A DNA stretch of 35,437 bases, taken from positions 1 to 35,437 of IMG/VR virus record IMGVR_UViG_3300045988_182483; one strand, 5' to 3'. The translations under genes and the position numbers were made by a program. Positions 26,431 to 32,752 of this stretch are shown piece after piece. Origin of the DNA: a virus. Under the pieces are notes generated by a model, which saw nothing but the letters and a program-made list of their open reading frames with translations, was not told the origin of the DNA and made no database searches. Within the stretch, counting starts at the first letter, position 1, and the number at the start of each line of letters is the position of its first letter.

Positions 26431-27253
26431 GGCGGCCCCCCTCTTTTTGGTCTGCTAGGCTACCCAAGGAAACGGAAAAAGAGCTTGCCGCCTTATCCTG
26501 TTTACGTCCGTCGGCCACTCCGCCCAAATACGCCCCGCGCTTTTCTTCTGTCCGCGTACCTTCGCCGGAAACCATATCGTTGGTCTTACCAAAATGGTTT
26601 TGGCCCTCTTCCCGGCGCGTACCTTCGTTTCCGCGGCAACTGTTCGGAAATTCCGAACAACTGCTTTGGCTCTCTATCCGGCGCGTACCTTCCGCCCCGT
26701 TTGGTCCTGTTGCCGGCTCCGGCGCAGTTGCCCAAGCCAGTACCAACGGTTCACCGGCAGAACCGGGCAGTCCTTTTTCTGCCTGAAACACGCCTTTAAT
26801 TTGCCCAATCATTTTTAAGGCGGCGGTTCTATCCCCATTCTTGCTAGGTTTTCTGGCAATATCGTTTAGAATAGAAAAATACTCCGTCGTACTCATTAGT
26901 GCGCGGGCTTGCAGTTCGCGTTTTATTTCCTCCACCCTTGCTAGCACATTGCTACGGTTGCACGCGCGGGAGGCGTTTGGGTAAAGCGTATTCAGGTTAG
27001 CCGTTTTAGAATCTTTATGAGAAAATTTATAGGCTTCCAAACGGGAATATCCCCGCGCCAAAAATTGCGCGAGGAGTTCGTCCTCAAAATTCCATTTATT
27101 TTTGCCTTTGCGCGCGGCTTTTACTTCGCAGAAATCGGAAAACAGTTGCAGTTGCACGCACGGGGAGCCATACGGCGCCGCTAACAGGCGTTTCATTTCC
27201 CCGTCCAATGCAGTAGTCAGTTGTTCCAAAGGGTCCATTTGTTTTTTAGGCAT
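26423..27253 (-). CDS. terS: Terminase small subunit with low-complexity repeat-bearing C-terminal extension
   Basis: LLAQFLARGYSRLEAYKF...NRSNVLARVEEIK...DRTAALKMIGQIKGVF fits the TerS HTH-type pattern. First gene of the late operon. Confidence 0.7.
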   Translation of the reverse strand: MPKKQMDPLEQLTTALDGEMKRLLAAPYGSPCVQLQLFSDFCEVKAARKGKNKWNFEDELLAQFLARGYSRLEAYKFSHKDSKTANLNTLYPNASRACNRSNVLARVEEIKRELQARALMSTTEYFSILNDIARKPSKNGDRTAALKMIGQIKGVFQAEKGLPGSAGEPLVLAWATAPEPATGPNGAEGTRRIESQSSCSEFPNSCRGNEGTRREEGQNHFGKTNDMVSGEGTRTEEKRGAYLGGVADGRKQDKAASSFSVSLGSLADQKEGGRHA

Positions 27254-27278
27254 AAAAAAACCAACCTTTTACGGTTGG
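27254..27278 (-). terminator. Intrinsic terminator-like hairpin plus T7 run abutting the terS start codon
   Basis: Minus strand reads CCAACC-GTAAAA-GGTTGG-TTTTTTT-ATG. Confidence 0.5.
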
Positions 27279-27347
27279 CGGAGCCCCCAAAACAACACAA
27301 CAGGATTTTTTCCAGAAATCCTTTTTGGTTTAAGCAACTGATACAGT

Positions 27348-27376
27348 ATTATGGAAAATTTTTTTCCAAAAATCAA
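27348..27376 (-). promoter_or_regulatory. Candidate late promoter (TTGATT-17 nt-CATAAT)
   Basis: Read on the minus strand. Lies between the early-operon terminator and terS. Confidence 0.45.
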
Positions 27377-27397
27377 CCCCGCCAAACCGCGGGGCTG
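27366..27397 (-). terminator. Intrinsic terminator after the antitoxin gene
   Basis: Minus strand reads CCCCGC-GGTTTG-GCGGGG followed by TTGATTTTTGG. Confidence 0.6.
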
Positions 27398-27418
27398 TTT
27401 ACCAAAGGAGTCAATCCC

Positions 27419-27760
27419 CTAACGGGACAACGGGTATGCCGTCAGGCCCACACCCGCCATATTCAACACGGCGCATACTGTTGCAAAAGACGGGTTCCCC
27501 TTGGCCGTAAAGGACCGATACAGCCCCGTCCGGCTCACGTGTACCTTGCGGCTTACCTGCGTAGCCCCCAACGCGCGCACGACAATCCCAAGCGAAGTTT
27601 TCAGCAAGTCCATATTTTGGTTGTCGGCGTATTCCTGCAAGCACAGGCTCACATACGCGCGCAAATAGGCAGGGTCACTTTTTAACCGTGCCAGTTGCAC
27701 ATCATCAAATTTAGGAAATTTGGCCAAAACTTTCTTTTGGCGTGCGTTCAAATTAATCAT
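27419..27760 (-). CDS. HTH antitoxin (addiction-module antidote, HigA-like)
   Basis: LGATQVSRKVHVSRTGLYRSFTAKGNPSFATV is an XRE-type HTH. 8-nt overlap with the toxin gene. Confidence 0.75.
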   Translation of the reverse strand: MINLNARQKKVLAKFPKFDDVQLARLKSDPAYLRAYVSLCLQEYADNQNMDLLKTSLGIVVRALGATQVSRKVHVSRTGLYRSFTAKGNPSFATVCAVLNMAGVGLTAYPLSR

Positions 27761-28094
27761 TTTCTACCTCCCGCGTTAAAAAATCCTCTAAATAGGCCCG
27801 CGCCGCCTCAATATCGCGGCTTTGTTCCTTTTTGGTGTTTTTGGTTCCCCCGTTCAAAATCACCAAAATAACATCGTCACACTCGGCAAAATACACACGG
27901 TACCCTTTACCAAACGCCAGCCGTAATTCCAGTAGGCCATCCCCCAGCATTTTGTAGTCACCGTAATATCCGGCGGCGGCTTCGCGCAAGCGTTTATCAA
28001 TACGCGCCAGAGTAAAGGGGTCCTTTAATTTTTTTTGCCACTGCAAAAACGGACTCTTGCCGTTTTTCGTGGTGTAAAATACAATTTCTTTCAT
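27753..28094 (-). CDS. RelE/ParE-superfamily toxin (addiction-module killer, HigB-like)
   Basis: FYTTKNGKSPFLQWQKKL...GLLELRLAFGKGYRVYFAECDDVILVILNGGTKNTKKEQSRDIEAA is the typical killer-protein pattern. The toxin lies upstream of the antitoxin. Confidence 0.78.
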   Translation of the reverse strand: MKEIVFYTTKNGKSPFLQWQKKLKDPFTLARIDKRLREAAAGYYGDYKMLGDGLLELRLAFGKGYRVYFAECDDVILVILNGGTKNTKKEQSRDIEAARAYLEDFLTREVEND

Positions 28095-28108
28095 ATTCTC
28101 TCCTTGAT

Positions 28109-28137
28109 AGTGTAGTATATAAACTACACATTGTCAA
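28109..28137 (-). promoter_or_regulatory. Candidate TA promoter (TTGACA-17-TACACT) overlapping a 7-bp-arm palindrome GTGTAGT-N6-ACTACAC (28110-28129)
   Basis: Read directly on the minus strand. SD AAGGAGAG follows. Confidence 0.45.
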
Positions 28138-28570
28138 GTGCGCAATTTAGTTCCGCCCAACTAAATTCACTTCTTGTTGGGTTTTGTTCGGCCAAATGGG
28201 CAATTTGTGCCACCAAACGCACTTTTTTAGCCACATCTGCCTTTCCCTCGTCATTCGTATACAAATCCAAGGGCAGATAAAAATCACGATATTTTATGCT
28301 AAACCCGCGGCCGGGGGAATAAGGCATATAAAATGCCGGCACCAACTGTTCCGTGCCGTCCGCCGCGCGCCGGCGCAACTTGGGCACCGCACCGCAATAA
28401 ACACATTGTTTCTTCCAAAAAACGGTTTCAGCCGGCTTATCGGGGGCCACACGCAACATAACGGGCAACGCCGCATAGCCCGCCTTGCCGCATTTTTCAC
28501 ATTCGTTTGCCGCCCGCACCGCCGGAAGCGGTTTTTTTTCAGGGCCAAACTCTCGCACAAATTTGCTCAT
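28124..28570 (-). CDS. Zinc-ribbon protein, 148 aa (candidate late-gene regulator)
   Basis: CEKCG...CVYCG. Last gene of the early operon. TAATG coupling to the replication gene. Confidence 0.5.
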   Translation of the reverse strand: MSKFVREFGPEKKPLPAVRAANECEKCGKAGYAALPVMLRVAPDKPAETVFWKKQCVYCGAVPKLRRRAADGTEQLVPAFYMPYSPGRGFSIKYRDFYLPLDLYTNDEGKADVAKKVRLVAQIAHLAEQNPTRSEFSWAELNCALDNV

Positions 28571-29619
28571 TATTCTCTCCTCATTTCGTCCAAATATCCG
28601 GCCACGCGCTCACGCACCGCACGCATGGTATTACACCCTTTACGCCACCCATGGCGCATAACGGCAAAAGCCGTCTGAACCGAGCCGCCGCACAACGCCA
28701 CTATTTTTTCAAAATCGGCCCTATCGTTTTCAAACGCGCTGTTTATTTTTTGATTGTCGTTTTTTAAGAGTTCCGGATTTACCGCCTCTAGCCATGCCAG
28801 AAGCGTTGTTTCCCGCACACTTTTTGGGTGCTTAAAATCCAACACATAAAATTCTTCCCCTTGAGGGAGTTCGTCCTGCCACCGTTTTTGGTTGAGGTAC
28901 GCATCCGCCCGCGGCACAAACTGCCCGTCCTGCTTTACCCATTCCCGCAAGCATTTTTGCTTTTCCAAAACCGGCAAAATCTCACTAGGCTGAAATTTTC
29001 CCCGTTTCCAACGTGCCAAAGCGCGGGCTTTGTTTTTTTTGTTCGGATAAGCCGCCCAAAAAGCCGCAAATCCTGCCAAAAAATCCGTGGGGGACGTACA
29101 GGGGGTTGTAGTTTTCTTGCCGTTATTAATTTCTTTAATACTACTTAAAGGGCGTGTCAAATTTTGATACAGGTGGCATGTCAAATTTTGATACGCTACA
29201 TCCTGTGGCATATCAAATTTTGATACGGTATTTGCGCTTTCGGTATCTCCCAAGGCAAAAAGTTCGCCTTTCGGGGTGGTTGTGCCTGCTTGGGTTTGCC
29301 CCACGGCCGGCCCAACACCCGCCAAAACGCCCGCTAGCGGCTCATTATCAGCCGTTGCCAACGTAATTTTTGTAATGCCCCTATCTGTCAGCTCCACGCG
29401 TATTAAGCCCAACTGCACTAAGCCTTTCAAAGCTGTGCGCAGGCTATTAACACTTACGCACATCCGTTTGGCCAATACGGCCAACGGGGCCGAAATACTC
29501 CAAAACGGATGAACCACCATAACTTTCAACTTTTGATACGCGCAAAACATACCCGCATGTTTCCACAATGCGGGTATGTCTTCCTCGCACCTCCAAAGTT
29601 TTGCATATCCTTTACTCAT
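28570..29619 (-). CDS. Replication initiator/organiser-like protein with N-terminal winged HTH
   Basis: VSVNSLRTALKGLVQLGLI HTH. FWAAYPNKKNKARALARWKRG...YLNQKRWQDE motif common in phage replication proteins. Contains iterons. Confidence 0.6.
   Translation of the reverse strand: MSKGYAKLWRCEEDIPALWKHAGMFCAYQKLKVMVVHPFWSISAPLAVLAKRMCVSVNSLRTALKGLVQLGLIRVELTDRGITKITLATADNEPLAGVLAGVGPAVGQTQAGTTTPKGELFALGDTESANTVSKFDMPQDVAYQNLTCHLYQNLTRPLSSIKEINNGKKTTTPCTSPTDFLAGFAAFWAAYPNKKNKARALARWKRGKFQPSEILPVLEKQKCLREWVKQDGQFVPRADAYLNQKRWQDELPQGEEFYVLDFKHPKSVRETTLLAWLEAVNPELLKNDNQKINSAFENDRADFEKIVALCGGSVQTAFAVMRHGWRKGCNTMRAVRERVAGYLDEMRRE
29155..29227. repeat. Iteron cluster (3 x TCAAATTTTGATAC), candidate origin of replication inside the replication gene
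   Basis: Core copies at 29157-29170, 29181-29194 and 29213-29226. Copies 2 and 3 share the 22-bp GTGGCAT(G/A)TCAAATTTTGATACG. Degenerate 4th copy TCAACTTTTGATAC at 29526-29539. Confidence 0.65.
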
Positions 29620-29620
29620 A

Positions 29621-29827
29621 TCAAATCCCCGCCAAACAGGTCACTTCTTTCATGGCGGCACCATGGCTTAAATAAATATCCTCTGCCAGTATTTCCAAGG
29701 TCTGTCCGTAAGGTGTCAATACACGCGCAACGGCACATTCGCAAGCCGTCCACCCCCACCCCAACAGAACCCCCTTTTTAACGTCCGTTCCCTCCACCCA
29801 AAACACAATTTGGTTTTTATTCTTCAT
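29621..29827 (-). CDS. Hypothetical early protein, 68 aa
   Basis: ORF in an operon context. No motif recognised. Confidence 0.4.
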   Translation of the reverse strand: MKNKNQIVFWVEGTDVKKGVLLGWGWTACECAVARVLTPYGQTLEILAEDIYLSHGAAMKEVTCLAGI

Positions 29828-29948
29828 GGGGCACCTCCAACAGGCTGATAATTCCCCCTACAATGGCATAAATAATCACAAACAGGCCAAGCATTTTTAG
29901 CAATACCCACATACCGGTTCCCCTTAAAAAATTTTTCGGGCGCGGCAT
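29817..29948 (-). CDS. 43-aa membrane micro-ORF (MPRPKNFLRGTGMWVLLKMLGLFVIIYAIVGGIISLLEVPHEE)
   Basis: Hand-translated. One TM. 11-nt overlap with the next gene. Confidence 0.3.
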   Translation of the reverse strand: MPRPKNFLRGTGMWVLLKMLGLFVIIYAIVGGIISLLEVPHEE

Positions 29949-30001
29949 GGAGTCAATCTATGGAGTTGTTCGCGCCCGTCCGGTTCTTTTAGCCGGAAAA
30001 T

Positions 30002-30460
30002 CTAAATCAAAGCTCTTTTAGCGTTCTGCCGTGCCTCTGCGCGGCGGTTCCACGCTTCTATGGCATCTTTTTTGCTTTGCATACTTCTGGTATGGACTAT
30101 CACATCCAAGCGTTCACATTGAACAGTCCAGTAATATCCTTTTGGAAATTTAGGAACTTTATAAATGTGTGGTTTCTTACCACAAAACGGGCAGGCCTTC
30201 GGCTTAACGTTGGTCTTTCCTTCCCGTATGTAGGTTTGTTGGAAAATATCCGGCTTGCAGGGGTAAAATTCGCCCTTTACGCCTTTAATGATAAAGTCCC
30301 CGGTGTTGACCTTCATTTCGCCTTCCAGCGTTTTTATTCTAAAACCGTTCATGTCGTAAATGCGCACGCTTTCCGGCACAAATCTTTGTATTTCCTGCCA
30401 GTTGTCGCCGGTAAATTGTACGGCTTCCACGGTCACGGGTTTTTTGGTGTATCTTGTCAT
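30002..30460 (-). CDS. Fusion protein: N-terminal small beta-rich phage domain plus C-terminal Lar-like zinc ribbon (start moved to MTRYTKKP)
   Basis: AGGAGG SD before the ATG at 30460. KACPFCGKKP...AIEAWNRRA is the Lar-family signature. Confidence 0.6.
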   Translation of the reverse strand: MTRYTKKPVTVEAVQFTGDNWQEIQRFVPESVRIYDMNGFRIKTLEGEMKVNTGDFIIKGVKGEFYPCKPDIFQQTYIREGKTNVKPKACPFCGKKPHIYKVPKFPKGYYWTVQCERLDVIVHTRSMQSKKDAIEAWNRRAEARQNAKRALI

Positions 30461-30468
30461 AAGTCCTC

Positions 30469-30627
30469 CTATTTGCACTCCTTTAACGGGCAAAAATCGG
30501 GCCGTTTTCTTTTTCTAATATCAATTTTTTTTAATGCAAGACCACATTTATATACTGTATTCCAAGTCTCGCTATCAAAAAAACCTTTCTTAAAAGGACA
30601 AATAGTACAGCACCTTGGCATATCCAT
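30469..30627 (-). CDS. 52-aa Cys-rich micro-ORF (MDMPRCCTICPFKK...FCPLKECK)
   Basis: Hand-translated. Starts 1 nt after the upstream stop. No clear SD. Confidence 0.3.
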   Translation of the reverse strand: MDMPRCCTICPFKKGFFDSETWNTVYKCGLALKKIDIRKRKRPDFCPLKECK

Positions 30628-30628
30628 T

Positions 30629-30832
30629 TCAATTTTTACTGTCATTGTTATCCCCCGCGCGGCGGTTCCACGCTTCTTTGGCTTTTTGTTTATCTACATT
30701 CACCGGTCCGCTTGCACCACAAATCAGACAATACCCACAGTGAAAATCCATATTCAATAACCTTCTAAAACGCACTCCTATAAGCTCTGTTTCTCCACAA
30801 AACGGGCACGGTTTCAGTTTAGAATTTTGCAT
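30629..30832 (-). CDS. Lar-family restriction-alleviation-like zinc-ribbon protein (start moved to MQNSKLKP)
   Basis: LKPCPFCGETE...CLICGASGP...AKEAWNRRA. GAGGTG SD. Confidence 0.65.
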   Translation of the reverse strand: MQNSKLKPCPFCGETELIGVRFRRLLNMDFHCGYCLICGASGPVNVDKQKAKEAWNRRAGDNNDSKN

Positions 30833-31034
30833 TTGGCACCTCGTGGTATTTGGGCAATAGAATCCCACAAAAACAACCCTGTCCCCTAAACTGTTTCACG
30901 CGCCCCCCGCACGAACATTTGTCTTTGTCAGAACCGTTGCCACCGCGAGTACATTCACTGCACGCTACGAACACACGTCCTGCTTTATCTCTGAAACTAT
31001 GCATGTGTGCAACCTGTTTTAATTTATTTTCCAT
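30819..31034 (-). CDS. Cys-rich 71-aa protein (zinc-binding candidate)
   Basis: ACSECTRGG...KCSCGG...GCFCG. GAGGTGG SD. Confidence 0.5.
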   Translation of the reverse strand: MENKLKQVAHMHSFRDKAGRVFVACSECTRGGNGSDKDKCSCGGRVKQFRGQGCFCGILLPKYHEVPNAKF

Positions 31035-31206
31035 TTTGCACCACCTCGCACACTTTGCAACTGGCCTGACCGCTCTTATACACGCTATTAATGCTACCCG
31101 CGCGCATACTCCCGCCGATTACCATTCCGCCAAACGCTGAGAGGATGCAAATTACAAACAGGATTGTCAGCAGGTCAACAAAAGGAATTCTTATTTCACT
31201 ATTCAT
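31024..31206 (-). CDS. Small membrane protein, 60 aa
   Basis: FVDLLTILFVICILSAFGGMVIGG. GGAGG SD. Confidence 0.5.
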   Translation of the reverse strand: MNSEIRIPFVDLLTILFVICILSAFGGMVIGGSMRAGSINSVYKSGQASCKVCEVVQNGK

Positions 31207-31296
31207 TTACGCCCTCCAACACATAATTCCCAAAAAAGCAAAGAAGAAGCCCAGCATAATCAAGCAAGTTAAGTTTTGTCCTATTTCCAGAGTCAT
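31207..31296 (-). CDS. 29-aa membrane micro-ORF (MTLEIGQNLTCLIMLGFFFAFLGIMCWRA)
   Basis: Hand-translated. ATGA overlap with the upstream stop. Its stop abuts the next ATG. Confidence 0.3.
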   Translation of the reverse strand: MTLEIGQNLTCLIMLGFFFAFLGIMCWRA

Positions 31297-31598
31297 ACTT
31301 GCCCCACCAATTCGCAAAATGCCTTTAATTCCTGCGGGGTTCTAAAGTACCACCGCCACCCGTGATAAACGGTACTGTATAGGCTTTCCGCAAAAATCTC
31401 TATATCTCCCGCCGGCGCACAAATTTCCTCATTGTCTGGGTCGGTGGCCCACGCATAAACTTGTTTTTCTCCGTCCGTCAGCGTGTCCTCAAAGGGGTAA
31501 AAACTCACGCGGTACGCACCCGCTTTGGCAAATAACGGGGCGGTTGCCCCGCTTTTTATCTGTTCATCTAATTCCTGTTTAGTCACATTCTTCTCCAT
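31293..31598 (-). CDS. Hypothetical early protein, 101 aa
   Basis: ORF coupled on both sides. No motif recognised. Confidence 0.45.
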   Translation of the reverse strand: MEKNVTKQELDEQIKSGATAPLFAKAGAYRVSFYPFEDTLTDGEKQVYAWATDPDNEEICAPAGDIEIFAESLYSTVYHGWRWYFRTPQELKAFCELVGQV

Positions 31599-31726
31599 TA
31601 AAACTGTGCATCAAACGCAGCGCCGGCAAGCACCGCCAACGCCCATACAAACGCCAATCCAACGGCAAATACAGAAGCCGGACTCCATTCTTCCGGCGCA
31701 CTCAGCATATAAAAAAATCTTTTCAT
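31598..31726 (-). CDS. 42-aa membrane micro-ORF (MKRFFYMLSAPEEWSPASVFAVGLAFVWALAVLAGAAFDAQF)
   Basis: Hand-translated. TAATG overlaps at both ends. Confidence 0.35.
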   Translation of the reverse strand: MKRFFYMLSAPEEWSPASVFAVGLAFVWALAVLAGAAFDAQF

Positions 31727-31971
31727 TACCATTTACTCCTTCTGTTGTAGTATTCCTCCACATCTTCCAACACATAAGGCTTAACGCCTTTTATATATCT
31801 AGCCAGTGGCAACAGCCCTCTTTTTTTGGCCGTTGTAGACAATGCCACCAACGAAATCCCAAACACCGCCGCCACCCCTTCGCGCGTGATAAAAATATTA
31901 CCCACGCGGTCCCGCACAATTTCATTGGGTCTAAAACAAGTAAGGGGAATTTTTTTATATACAGCGTTCAT
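31726..31971 (-). CDS. HTH DNA-binding protein at the Cro position (excisionase/HTH_17-like)
   Basis: ITREGVAAVFGISLVALSTTAKKRGLLP. First sizeable gene of the leftward early operon, divergent from the repressor. Confidence 0.55.
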   Translation of the reverse strand: MNAVYKKIPLTCFRPNEIVRDRVGNIFITREGVAAVFGISLVALSTTAKKRGLLPLARYIKGVKPYVLEDVEEYYNRRSKW

Positions 31972-31995
31972 AGTCTAACCTTTTTGCTATAATAA

Positions 31996-32146
31996 AAAAG
32001 CGAGCACCTACTTAACCTTGCTGGAACAAGGCGGCCTTGCGGCCTATCGGCACTCGCTTTTGCATTACTCAGCTTGCTTAAACCACGGTTGTGAGGTTTT
32101 GTACTATACCCCGCCGTAGTGCAAAATTGTATTTGCTGAGTAAAGC
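31996..32146. ncRNA. Candidate structured RNA / structured early leader (strand unresolved)
   Basis: Nested stems: AAAAGCGAG(31996-32004)/CTCGCTTTT(32053-32061) enclosing hairpins CCTTG-N6-CAAGG and GGCC-TTGC-GGCC. Second domain closed by TTACTCAGC(32065-32073)/GCTGAGTAA(32135-32143). Confidence 0.3.
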
Positions 32147-32211
32147 CCCTTTTTGTCGGTGGCATCGTTCCGGTTTCCAGAGCCGGCCGATTAAAAATCG
32201 TTTTTCAGGTC

Positions 32212-32254
32212 CATAATGATAAACCATTCGTACCAATAATTATCATTATGTAAA
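32212..32254. promoter_or_regulatory. Operator-like inverted repeat CATAATGATAA-N17-TTATCATTATG; right arm is part of the 19-mer ATAATTATCATTATGTAAA
   Basis: Read directly. The 19-mer (32236-32254) recurs inverted at 32753-32771. Confidence 0.5.
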
Positions 32255-32275
32255 TAAATTTGCGTTTATAAGTTA

Positions 32276-32304
32276 AATATATCGTTTATAAATTAATTTG
32301 TCAA
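32276..32304 (-). promoter_or_regulatory. Candidate early leftward promoter (TTGACA-17-TATATT)
   Basis: Minus-strand read. Flanked and overlapped by two direct CGTTTATAA repeats (32263-32271, 32283-32291). Confidence 0.55.
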
Positions 32305-32331
32305 GCATTTTATTAAAAACTAGGAGGATTT

Positions 32332-32715
32332 ATGACGGGAAAAAAAGAAAAAGATTTTATAAAAAAATTAAAATTAGCTATGTTGGAAAGCGGTTTTAAT
32401 CAAGTTTCTTTAGCAAAAAAAATTGGCATAAAATCCAATTCCGTCAGCCAATGGCTTACAGGTAAAAACAATCCTAAACTATCCACTTTAGAAAAAGTAG
32501 CCAAGGCTACCGGCAAATCCGTTAATTATTTTTTTGATAATTCGCCCGTCGGAGATGGAAATAATGTCGTTCATGGCAGTCACAACCAGACCGCCTGTAA
32601 AGATACTGTCAGTTTGGAAAAAGAAATTGAACTTCTAAAAGCAAAGCAAGAGGCCCAACATTTAGCAATAGCTAATTTAGCGTTGCGCTTAGAAAAATTA
32701 GAACATAAAAAATAA
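32332..32715 (+). CDS. cI-like repressor: XRE-family HTH plus C-terminal coiled coil, no peptidase domain
   Basis: FNQVSLAKKIGIKSNSVSQWLTGKNNPKLSTLEKVAKATGKSVNYFF. AGGAGG SD. Divergent from the early operon. Confidence 0.8.
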   Translation: MTGKKEKDFIKKLKLAMLESGFNQVSLAKKIGIKSNSVSQWLTGKNNPKLSTLEKVAKATGKSVNYFFDNSPVGDGNNVVHGSHNQTACKDTVSLEKEIELLKAKQEAQHLAIANLALRLEKLEHKK

Positions 32716-32752
32716 AGTTGTTATCGTCCGTTTTTTTATCGCCGGAGCCAAG

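Noticed and set aside
27302-27326. Hairpin AGGATTT-N7-AAATCCT followed by TTTTT on the plus strand, as a plus-strand terminator
   Set aside because: No credible plus-strand gene lies upstream for it to terminate. It is more plausibly part of the minus-strand late leader.
29155-29227. Short spaced repeats that could be mistaken for a mini CRISPR array
   Set aside because: There are only three 14-22-bp copies with 10-18-bp spacers, inside a coding region and with no cas genes. An iteron origin is the better explanation.
31968-32165. 65-aa basic ORF upstream of the Cro-position gene
   Set aside because: Not called as a CDS. It has a weak SD, a low-complexity basic sequence, and dense nucleotide-level pairing that suggests RNA-level constraint. 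The ATGA overlap with the next gene keeps it as an open alternative (see findings).
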